This document shows positions 52,518 to 60,021 of a stretch of 60,021 bases of DNA, piece after piece. Origin of the DNA: a virus (Duplodnaviria > Caudoviricetes); the IMG/VR virus record IMGVR_UViG_3300021411_000007, positions 1 through 60,021 of that record; one strand, 5' to 3'. The notes beneath the pieces were generated by a model. That model made no database searches. It worked only from the letters and a program-made list of their open reading frames with translations, and had not been told where the DNA came from. Each line of letters opens with the position of its first letter. Position 1 is the stretch's first letter. The position numbers and the translations under genes are program-made.

Positions 52518-54206
52518 ATGGGATTTATGGGACAAGTATGGAATTCAATGCAAGCGGGATGGGTAGCCGCTAGACGTGCCTATGATGAGCCAGGACTCGG
52601 CGGTCAATATCGTTCATACTACAGGAGGATGTCAGAATATGACTTGCTTTGGAGCTACTACAACAGTTCGGCTTTCGACAAAGCCGCTCGTTTCCTTAAT
52701 TCCCAAGCCAGCGGAACCTATGGCCCCTTCCTCTGGGACAGATATAAGGCAAACTATAACCTGTACCGGAACATTCGTCTCATTTACAATCCAACGACCC
52801 GACTGGTCAATTTCTATGCTGGTCAGATCTACCCAGGTATCCTGAGCGAAGATGGCTCAAAACTTCCCGACGGGGTGCCTCTCGCTATCCCCTTCTCAGA
52901 GGACACATCACCACAACTCAAGACGGCTATAGCTCAGTTGTGGACATGGAGCAACTGGCAACAGAAGAAAGCAGTTGAGGTCAGGTATGGAGCAGCCCTC
53001 GGGAGTGTGTTGGTAGAAGTTTCCGACGATTGGGAACGCGGCAAGGTGTGTCTAGAAGTCGTCTGGCCTGGGCATGTGTGTGACCTCAAACTTGATAGTG
53101 CAGGCAACATCAAGAGTTACGCGATAGAATACTATACCTATGAGGACAATGCAGGACAGTACAGGTACAAAAAGACAGTTGATCAGGACTATTTCAAGTA
53201 CTTCAAGAATGATGAGCCATTTGATTATGGAGAGGGAGCGGTGACAGAGAATCCATACGGGTTTGTGCCTGCTGTATGGATCAAGCATAGCGATATGGGA
53301 GGTGACCACGGCGCTCCTGTCATATCCGGTTCAATGGGCAAAATGGATGAATTGAACAATCTTGCATCACACGTGCATGATCAAATTCACAAGGTGATTG
53401 GAGCGCCAATCCTCATTGGCAGCTCGACTAAACTCACCAATCTGTTTAGCCGTGCGAACCGTGGGCCAACATCTGACTTCCTGGAGCCCAATGCAGATCA
53501 AGAAAATCTGCTCATGCTCGGAGGCCCTGCGGATGCGAAGGTCAGCTCGCTCGCTGGCAACTTGAGCTTATCCGACGCTTTTACTCACATGGCACAGCTC
53601 ACAGGAGAATTAGAGCACGATCATCCTGAGCTGACATTCTGGACAGAGTTACGCACTATGAGCCAAGTGACAGGCCCCGGCGCGTCGGCTATGATGGGAG
53701 ATGTTGAGTCGAAAGTGGTGGAAGCACAAGCGAGCTATGACACACCAAATATTTCGCTGTTTAGAATGGCAGTGGCTATAGCTGGTTTCCGTGCCTCGTC
53801 TGGTGTATGGGGACCACCCAACGATCAGCAAAAGAAGTTCTTGCCGTTCAATCTGGATAGCTACGAACGAGGGGATCTGGAGATGGAAATCAAGACTCGC
53901 CCTCTCATACCATCTACAGAGTCTAGCCGTGCTCAGAAGGACCAAGCAGTATGGACAGGTGTCAAGATGGCAGTAGACGCTGGCGTACCTGTGGAAGTGG
54001 CATTGGAGAATGCAGGGTGGACTCCTGAGAAGCTTGCAAAGCTTGCAGCAGCTAAGCAAAAAGAGCAAGATGTGGCACAAGCGCAATTTGAGCAGCAACA
54101 AAAGGTGATGGCGCAAAATCAGCCTCCTGCTCCTGCTCAAAATGGCAACCAGCAACAGGATAACAATCAGCAGAATGGCAAGCAACCGATAGGACAGAAA
54201 GGATAG
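52518..54206 (+). CDS. Portal protein
   Basis: 562 aa directly after terminase; 'NPYGFVP' SPP1-like motif; Gln-rich tail. Confidence 0.8.
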   Translation: MGFMGQVWNSMQAGWVAARRAYDEPGLGGQYRSYYRRMSEYDLLWSYYNSSAFDKAARFLNSQASGTYGPFLWDRYKANYNLYRNIRLIYNPTTRLVNFYAGQIYPGILSEDGSKLPDGVPLAIPFSEDTSPQLKTAIAQLWTWSNWQQKKAVEVRYGAALGSVLVEVSDDWERGKVCLEVVWPGHVCDLKLDSAGNIKSYAIEYYTYEDNAGQYRYKKTVDQDYFKYFKNDEPFDYGEGAVTENPYGFVPAVWIKHSDMGGDHGAPVISGSMGKMDELNNLASHVHDQIHKVIGAPILIGSSTKLTNLFSRANRGPTSDFLEPNADQENLLMLGGPADAKVSSLAGNLSLSDAFTHMAQLTGELEHDHPELTFWTELRTMSQVTGPGASAMMGDVESKVVEAQASYDTPNISLFRMAVAIAGFRASSGVWGPPNDQQKKFLPFNLDSYERGDLEMEIKTRPLIPSTESSRAQKDQAVWTGVKMAVDAGVPVEVALENAGWTPEKLAKLAAAKQKEQDVAQAQFEQQQKVMAQNQPPAPAQNGNQQQDNNQQNGKQPIGQKG

Positions 54207-54209
54207 AAC

Positions 54210-54413
54210 ATGAGTAGCTTTACATCAGATGACTTGACACCGTTGATTGACATAGTAAACGATCATTATAGCTCACGATGTGAAGTAGGCTTCCGCGTAT
54301 CACACCAGACATATTGGATGATTGTGTATGCCGCACAAGGGAAACGCTATCCCATGCCTCGCAGACGCAAGAGCAAGGCAAGGATGAGCAGGAAATGGAG
54401 AGATAGAGCATGA
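54210..54413 (+). CDS. Hypothetical protein
   Basis: GAAAGGA RBS. Confidence 0.5.
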   Translation: MSSFTSDDLTPLIDIVNDHYSSRCEVGFRVSHQTYWMIVYAAQGKRYPMPRRRKSKARMSRKWRDRA

Positions 54414-54593
54414 GAAAGCTAAAATGGGCATGGGGACATTTAAGTCCAATAAAATTTTTCATAAACAGTCGAGATTTTTGTCAGGGCATGCATCCTTGGC
54501 ATTTCTATACCTATCTCCCAATAGCCGCTTTTCGCTTTTATCGCAACATGATACCTGATGTGATAGGAATGTTGAGGAGAGATAGAGCATGAG
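54397..54593 (+). repeat. 18-bp direct repeat flanking one gene
   Basis: GGAGAGATAGAGCATGAG at 54397..54414 and 54576..54593. Confidence 0.85.
54410..54592 (+). CDS. Hypothetical protein
   Basis: ATGA overlaps at both ends. Confidence 0.5.
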   Translation: MRKLKWAWGHLSPIKFFINSRDFCQGMHPWHFYTYLPIAAFRFYRNMIPDVIGMLRRDRA

Positions 54594-54933
54594 TGATTTA
54601 GAAAATGCACGTAAAAGGCGTGAAAAGGAAATGAAAGAGAAACAAGAGAAAGAAAGAGCGAGAGCAAAAGAAGCTCGCAATACGCAATTTGAGGGCTTCG
54701 CTAAGGCGCTCTGGGAAGAGATTATGGAGATGACTCTAAAAGGGTACGGCAAGATCGATGCAGGCACTGCTCCAAAGGGCTATGAACTGCTCATAGCGCG
54801 ACGTGCCTACGACTTGGCTTGTCATGCTATCGACAATTCGCGTGCAAACGATATGGAGGACTGGGAAACTGAGCGAATTATGCCGTATGTCCCAGACATG
54901 ACAGAGCTACCAAAGGGTGAGGGTAGAGTATGA
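54589..54933 (+). CDS. Hypothetical protein
   Basis: 'IARRAYDL..H...VPDMTELP'. Confidence 0.55.
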   Translation: MSDLENARKRREKEMKEKQEKERARAKEARNTQFEGFAKALWEEIMEMTLKGYGKIDAGTAPKGYELLIARRAYDLACHAIDNSRANDMEDWETERIMPYVPDMTELPKGEGRV

Positions 54934-55310
54934 AAGGTCCTGACGGGCTATGTACCGATTGCGGAGGCACACACGATTTATGGCATGCAGAGGACCCTGC
55001 TGAGTGGGAATATAGGGAAGGATGCTTGTGCTACCTATGCCAGGAAGCAGAGAAGAATATGAGTCAGACGAGATTAGAACAAAAGTATCAGTGTTGGAAT
55101 GATTGCCTGCCTCAAGGCTGTCCAGGTCATACGGCTGTTCTTCAATTCCAGAGTGTGTCAAATAGTCTGCATTTCCAGGACGGCAAGGGGAATGAGATAT
55201 ACATGCAGACACCAGAACTTAAAGCATTTCTCACGATGCTACACACATTAGGTAAAAGTCGTATAGAAATAGAGAGTGTATTGAAAGAGGCAAAGGAGCA
55301 AGAGAAATGA
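54930..55310 (+). CDS. Cys-rich hypothetical protein
   Basis: CxxC, 'C...GCPGH'. Confidence 0.55.
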   Translation: MKGPDGLCTDCGGTHDLWHAEDPAEWEYREGCLCYLCQEAEKNMSQTRLEQKYQCWNDCLPQGCPGHTAVLQFQSVSNSLHFQDGKGNEIYMQTPELKAFLTMLHTLGKSRIEIESVLKEAKEQEK

Positions 55311-55576
55311 CAGGAAAAGTGATAGGAGAAGTGATACAGCATATTCTTGACAAAGGTTTCTTTGTCAGATTTACCTATGACGGTGGAATTGGCTATATTT
55401 TTAGAGCTTGGAAGTACTATGAAGATAACATAAGCACATGTGAATGGGTAGTTAGTGATTTTGGTGTTAGTCAGGGTGTTGTTGTGAAAGTAGCAATTAT
55501 GGAAGCAGATAGGTATTTAAAGCTAGTAGACGATAATATTGCACAGCGTCGTCTAATTGATAGTGCATTGAAGTAA
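55307..55576 (+). CDS. Hypothetical protein
   Basis: ATGA overlap. Confidence 0.5.
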   Translation: MTGKVIGEVIQHILDKGFFVRFTYDGGIGYIFRAWKYYEDNISTCEWVVSDFGVSQGVVVKVAIMEADRYLKLVDDNIAQRRLIDSALK

Positions 55577-55584
55577 GGAGCAAG

Positions 55585-55782
55585 ATGAGCAAGAACCGCT
55601 ATCTTTATGAGGACATACGAGATCTAGTGATAGCACGCGACAAGCTGGCAGATGCGCTACTAGAAGCTTTCAAGCCCGTGATAAGAGCACTCATTTGGCT
55701 TCTAGAAAGGCCAAATGTTCTCATTGTCATATTATCGTTCTGGTGTGCTCTTGTAGTGACATTGATGATTATGTATCAATAG
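55585..55782 (+). CDS. Small membrane protein
   Basis: C-terminal TM. Confidence 0.5.
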   Translation: MSKNRYLYEDIRDLVIARDKLADALLEAFKPVIRALIWLLERPNVLIVILSFWCALVVTLMIMYQ

Positions 55783-55791
55783 GAGAAAAGC

Positions 55792-56376
55792 ATGAGAGTA
55801 AATGGTTATCAGTGTGATGCATATTGTAAGGTGAATAATGGAGAGGAAGCATTGGAAGATTGGTTTGCCGTATATGATTTTAGAAAAGGTGTTGAAAGTG
55901 ATGAGCAGCATTTTTGCTCTACTCATTGTTTGCATGAGTGGGTAGAAAAGCAGACAATTGTTTCCAATAAGTTTGATGTGGAAGGTCCTATTGAAGGCGT
56001 TGTCATGAGTGTAGAAAAACATCAAGGGCGTCTTCTTGCTAAGAGGAAAGAAAATATTGAGCACGACGTACATCCAGACCCTAGTGCGATGACAAAAGCA
56101 GAAACGATACTACAATGGATTGAGCGTGCTAGAAGTGAGGCGAAATTAGGGAGTCCTGTTACTAGACTTAGTGTATTAGTAGATGATATAGAGGAACTTT
56201 GCAGAAATGAAGGGCAAATGATAGTAGCTGAGAATGCTGAGATTGATCCTAGTCGGTTGGAGCTTTGGAAAGAGGTCAAAGTAGTTCGTGCTGAAGTTAT
56301 CCACAATCCTTCTCATATGAAGTGTGAAGAGTTTAAAGTCACAAAAGAAGACTGTGACCGTTGGAGAGACTTATGA
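55792..56376 (+). CDS. Zn-finger (TRASH-like) hypothetical protein
   Basis: 'CD.YC...HFCS..CL..W'. Confidence 0.5.
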   Translation: MRVNGYQCDAYCKVNNGEEALEDWFAVYDFRKGVESDEQHFCSTHCLHEWVEKQTIVSNKFDVEGPIEGVVMSVEKHQGRLLAKRKENIEHDVHPDPSAMTKAETILQWIERARSEAKLGSPVTRLSVLVDDIEELCRNEGQMIVAENAEIDPSRLELWKEVKVVRAEVIHNPSHMKCEEFKVTKEDCDRWRDL

Positions 56377-56606
56377 GCAAGAAGGTCATTAAAGTTTCAG
56401 TAGAAGCACTAGACCATATAGACGAATGTCTAGACAGTCTACATACTGGTATCATGGTGGGTCTTCATCCTCAAGAGGCTGCATTAGGTAAACATTATCT
56501 TGAGTCACAAATGGAAGTGGTCAAAAGCGTGAAAGCGGACTTCAAAAAGCTATCAGAAGCAATTGAAGCACTGAGAAAGGAGCAACCAAATGGGCAAAAA
56601 GATTAA
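56373..56606 (+). CDS. Hypothetical protein
   Basis: ATGA overlap. Confidence 0.5.
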   Translation: MSKKVIKVSVEALDHIDECLDSLHTGIMVGLHPQEAALGKHYLESQMEVVKSVKADFKKLSEAIEALRKEQPNGQKD

Positions 56607-56651
56607 GAAGAAGGGGCAACCCAAGCCTATGGGCGGGAAAGGTGGCTATTG

Positions 56652-56885
56652 ATGGCAACTATTGAAGCAAATGATGCGATATCTTTAACAGCATTTACTG
56701 CGCTTCCACAAGCTGTGCGTGATTGGATAGAGAAAGATCTTCATTTGAAGCGTGTAGATGTGCGTAGTGTTCACATAGTGCATGGCAGACCAAAGGTTGT
56801 TGCTATTGTGGATATGAAGCAAGAGGAGCACACTGCTCGTTTTTCGATATTGAAGAGCGGTATGTGGAAGAAAGCGAAAGGATAG
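56652..56885 (+). CDS. Hypothetical protein
   Basis: Operon-packed. Confidence 0.5.
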   Translation: MATIEANDAISLTAFTALPQAVRDWIEKDLHLKRVDVRSVHIVHGRPKVVAIVDMKQEEHTARFSILKSGMWKKAKG

Positions 56886-56888
56886 GAC

Positions 56889-57107
56889 ATGATAATAAAA
56901 GGGCAAAAAGGTTGGATAAAGATTGGAGAGACTCTTTATCCAATAGTGGATATGGATATAAACTGTATTGCTACTGTTCCACTCAACACAACATTCTCTA
57001 TTGATCCTCCCATGCATTCAGTGCTGGTTAAACGTGCGCCATCACCTGAGATGAGTGACAATGATGCATTTGACCTTATGGATAGCATTAGAAAGGAGAT
57101 GAAGTAA
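56889..57107 (+). CDS. Hypothetical protein
   Basis: Operon-packed. Confidence 0.5.
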   Translation: MIIKGQKGWIKIGETLYPIVDMDINCIATVPLNTTFSIDPPMHSVLVKRAPSPEMSDNDAFDLMDSIRKEMK

Positions 57108-57109
57108 AG

Positions 57110-57415
57110 ATGGCGTTAAACATTGAGATTGATAGGCTAGACGGTTCTTGTCCAGTGCAAGCCATGGGTACCATAGAAGATTATGCATCATTCTATTTTC
57201 GTGGTAGGCATTGCCAATGGCAGTTCGTAGCAGGACCTAAAGAGCTAAGCACAGATGATTTGGTAAAGGTAAAGCTTGGCATCGCCTCTGATGACCGTGT
57301 ATTTGTCCTGAGAGGTGACGACGACGAATGTCAGTATCTCGACTATGATCATGTGCGAAATGCCTTACAAGGCTATGCTCAGCAGTATATTGAGTGGATG
57401 AATGAAAGGAGATGA
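57110..57415 (+). CDS. Hypothetical phage protein
   Basis: 'G.CPVQA.GT....FYFR.RH..W' motif. Confidence 0.55.
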   Translation: MALNIEIDRLDGSCPVQAMGTIEDYASFYFRGRHCQWQFVAGPKELSTDDLVKVKLGIASDDRVFVLRGDDDECQYLDYDHVRNALQGYAQQYIEWMNERR

Positions 57416-57491
57416 GAATAACCCCTACCAATCTCATGCATATCATCATCAGTACAACCTATTGACAAACAGTAGAAAGGTAGTCTAAACT

Positions 57492-58106
57492 ATGAATGTT
57501 ATACCTCCAGGTACCAATCCATCGAATGTCGATCCGACTGGTACACCCCCGGCTCATGGAGCCAATCCTCAATTGCAAGGCAATAGGGATACCTCTTTAG
57601 AAGACTTACAGCGTCAATTAGCTGAGTTGCAAGCCAAGAATGCAGAGTTTCTTGCTGATAATCAAAAGTATCGTGAGGAGCGACGACTGCAAAACGAGGC
57701 AGCAAAAGCCGCTGAACAGCAACGTTTGAAGGAACAAGGTGAATTCAAGCAACTTGCAGAGCAGTCGGCAGCCCGCGTCAAAGAGCTAGAGCCTGTCCAA
57801 GAGCGTTACACAGCACTCTCAGGACTTCTTGCAGACCAGATTAAAGCCCAAATTAAGGACTGGCCGAAGGAAGTCAAGGACCTTCTACCAGGTGATGACA
57901 CACCTATAGAGGTTCGATACTCTCAGGTCCAGAAGCTTCAAACGCTCGCTACTCAATTGGCCAGCCAGTCTCAGCAACAACAACGTGCAAGTCTCCCTGG
58001 AAATAAGCCAGGACCGCAACAAATACAAAACAATGAACAGACCAGAGAACAGCAAGTCAACGACTTCCGTTTAAGGCGCAAGCAAAGCGGAATGTACGGT
58101 CTGTAG
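57492..58106 (+). CDS. Capsid scaffolding protein
   Basis: Pro-rich N-terminus, long coiled coil 'LKEQGEFKQLAE'; precedes capsid genes. Confidence 0.75.
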   Translation: MNVIPPGTNPSNVDPTGTPPAHGANPQLQGNRDTSLEDLQRQLAELQAKNAEFLADNQKYREERRLQNEAAKAAEQQRLKEQGEFKQLAEQSAARVKELEPVQERYTALSGLLADQIKAQIKDWPKEVKDLLPGDDTPIEVRYSQVQKLQTLATQLASQSQQQQRASLPGNKPGPQQIQNNEQTREQQVNDFRLRRKQSGMYGL

Positions 58107-58167
58107 TAACAATTTAGTGTGTTTATCTTTTTGACCGCTCTTTACAAGCGGGGAAGGATGATACAAG

Positions 58168-58566
58168 ATGGCAGCAGTTTCTAAGGTTGGCAATCCTTCC
58201 TTAGCTTCTCTCAACCTTGACCCAGGTGCTCAAAAGCTTCCTGCACTCCCAGCAGGCGAGGCCCTAGCGGCTGGCGATGCGTGCTATGTCAAGTCTGACG
58301 GCACCATCTGGCGAGCCATTGGCACAGCAGTAAACGCAGCAGCCAAGGTCCGAGGCTACGCTCCTACCCTCATCAACGTTGGTGAGCCAGTCTCCCTCAT
58401 TTTCAACGTTTCCATGTACTACGGCACAGGTCTTACCCCGGGTACTGATGTCTTTTTGGGCGCTGCAGCAGGTGGACTTGATACCGCAGCCACCACAGGT
58501 GGAACCGCTCCAATCGGATTTGTAGAAGACGCAACACGTATCTATCTGTACCAGAGCAGGTATTAG
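58168..58566 (+). CDS. Capsid decoration/cement protein
   Basis: 'AGEALAAGDACYVKSDG', 'GLTPG..VFL...AGGL'. Confidence 0.7.
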   Translation: MAAVSKVGNPSLASLNLDPGAQKLPALPAGEALAAGDACYVKSDGTIWRAIGTAVNAAAKVRGYAPTLINVGEPVSLIFNVSMYYGTGLTPGTDVFLGAAAGGLDTAATTGGTAPIGFVEDATRIYLYQSRY

Positions 58567-58583
58567 GAGGATAAGTAGAGTAA

Positions 58584-59642
58584 ATGGGATTTGGTACTAA
58601 TACCAGTTTTGATACACTAGCGTTTGCGAGAAACACAACGGTAGCAGTATTCGGAGAAGACAGAGCATTCGATGCTATAGAAATGGGCTTCCAAGCTCAC
58701 AATCAGCAAATCAACGAGATGCTTGACGATCTGGCAGACCCAACGCTGGATCAGATACGAGCATACGGCGGTCCTGACACCATGGCGATGGAAGAGTTGG
58801 ATGAGTTCGGTAGCCCAGAAGCTCAGAAGATTTCTGCAGGTGTCACCGTTGGCTTTCCCTGCAGAGTCTACGGCATCGGTCTTCAGTGGACTCGCCTCTA
58901 CTTCAGATCTGCAATGGCTAACGAGCTTGCAGCCCAGGCCACAGCGGCTATGGATGCGGACATCAAGATGATCCAGAGAGATCTGAAACGGGCCATCTTC
59001 TATCCAACAAACTACTCATTCATTGACCGCTTGCATCCGAAGAAACTTACATTGCCAGTCAAGGCCCTCATCAATGCGGACTCGAGCGCGATCCCGCTGG
59101 CTCCTGACGGCACAAGTTTCAATCCGGCTACCCATACGCACTACTTGGGAACATCTTCCTTTGCAGCAGCCGATCTTGACGCTGGTGTCAGTACTGTCAA
59201 TGAGCACTTCTTGAGCGGCAAGATGCAAATCATGATCAACATTGCTCAGGAAACAGCGGTACGTGCCTTCACAGGCTTTACAGCAAGGCTTCCTGTCACT
59301 GTGATAGGTGCCATCACTGCTCAGCAGACCGTTGCAGAGTTGGATGTCTTCAATGTCACAAATCGCTGTATCGGTGACTACAAAGGCGTGGAAGTCTGGG
59401 TGAAGCCCTGGATACCCGCGACAATTGTGCTTTTCCTGCATAGCGGGAATGGTGACAAAGTGCTCGTACGGCGCTCTATCACTGGTGAGAATAGTGACCT
59501 CCAACTGCTTTACGACTTGGAAGAGTATCCACTCAGGTCTAAGGCCATGGCGCGTGAATTTGGCTTCGGAGTATGGAACCGTGTAGCGGCTGCTGCGCTC
59601 GACACAGCACACTCTACCTACACACAACCAACTATCAACTGA
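58584..59642 (+). CDS. Major capsid protein
   Basis: 352 aa after scaffold and decoration genes; C-terminal 'REFGFGVWNR'. Confidence 0.8.
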   Translation: MGFGTNTSFDTLAFARNTTVAVFGEDRAFDAIEMGFQAHNQQINEMLDDLADPTLDQIRAYGGPDTMAMEELDEFGSPEAQKISAGVTVGFPCRVYGIGLQWTRLYFRSAMANELAAQATAAMDADIKMIQRDLKRAIFYPTNYSFIDRLHPKKLTLPVKALINADSSAIPLAPDGTSFNPATHTHYLGTSSFAAADLDAGVSTVNEHFLSGKMQIMINIAQETAVRAFTGFTARLPVTVIGAITAQQTVAELDVFNVTNRCIGDYKGVEVWVKPWIPATIVLFLHSGNGDKVLVRRSITGENSDLQLLYDLEEYPLRSKAMAREFGFGVWNRVAAAALDTAHSTYTQPTIN

Positions 59643-59656
59643 TTTAGGGGGATGAC

Positions 59657-59944
59657 ATGGCAGACAAGAATACTACTCCCCCATCTGAGGGAGATCCAAA
59701 GGACACCGCTGGTTTCCCTGTAGGGGAATACGGTAGCCATCCAACGACAAACGATCACAGAACGCTCGTTGACGCTCTCAAGCAGGCTTTTGGTGATAGA
59801 TCTGTCTATCCACCTCCATCTACTGAGGTGAAAGTGGGGATGGATGAAACTATCCCAAATGGGAAGTACATTCGATTTGGTCAGCTTGTGAACGCTCATG
59901 GCGAACCTATCGATGAGCAAGGCAACAAGCTCAAAAAGGACTAG
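59657..59944 (+). CDS. Small protein downstream of capsid
   Basis: 'ETIPNGKY....LVNAHGEPI'. Confidence 0.55.
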   Translation: MADKNTTPPSEGDPKDTAGFPVGEYGSHPTTNDHRTLVDALKQAFGDRSVYPPPSTEVKVGMDETIPNGKYIRFGQLVNAHGEPIDEQGNKLKKD

Positions 59945-60021
59945 GCATGAACAGAGTCGATGCCACAAGTTTGCTCACTCAGCAGTATAGGGAGCTGGTA
60001 ACCAACACAAAGTTTACCAGC
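59871..60021. repeat. Terminal direct repeat copy 2
   Basis: Matches 1..151 with 2 mismatches. Confidence 0.97.

Noticed and set aside
56889-57107. N-terminus IKGQKGWIKIG resembling other tail tube starts
   Set aside because: Too short, and there is no matching sequence in this genome to compare with.
57472-57501. Promoter at TTGACA just before the scaffold gene
   Set aside because: No -10 box at a proper 16-18 nt spacing; the nearby TAAACT is too close and abuts the ATG.
1-60021. CRISPR array, diversity-generating retroelement or retron
   Set aside because: No regularly spaced repeat-spacer array and no reverse transcriptase seen.

Overview
The window is an apparently complete, circular ~59,870-bp tailed phage genome (siphovirus-like). 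Its last 151 nt repeat its first 151 nt with 2 mismatches. Gene order: head-tail joining, tail, tail-tip/fibre and lysis genes (1-19.1 kb, +); a minus-strand island of small genes (19.2-24.3 kb); a DNA-modification and replication block with a DpdA/TGT-like gene, a Dam-like gene and a primase-helicase (24.7-33.1 kb, -); regulators and a membrane/cell-wall operon (33.3-40.8 kb); an early/middle region with Bet/RecT, a nuclease, a second Dam and many Zn-finger microproteins (41-49.6 kb, +); then terminase, portal, an inserted block of small ORFs, scaffold and capsid genes (50.4-59.9 kb, +). A Ktedonobacteria-like (Chloroflexota) host is inferred from protein styles only. Most notable: (1) a phage-encoded Csx3/Crn3 ring-nuclease homologue, with a degenerate CRISPR-repeat-like sequence beside it, inside an anti-defence-like island; (2) a ~325-nt non-coding RNA with its own promoter and terminator, built from tRNA elbow modules; (3) no integrase, but a plasmid-style arrangement of small HTH gene, antisense RNA, primase-helicase and inverted-repeat origin, suggesting a phage-plasmid; (4) an HTH-GNAT-regulated operon of membrane proteins plus a glucosaminidase; (5) clamp-binding-like motifs on the DNA-modifying enzymes. 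All assignments come from reading motifs by eye; no searches were run.
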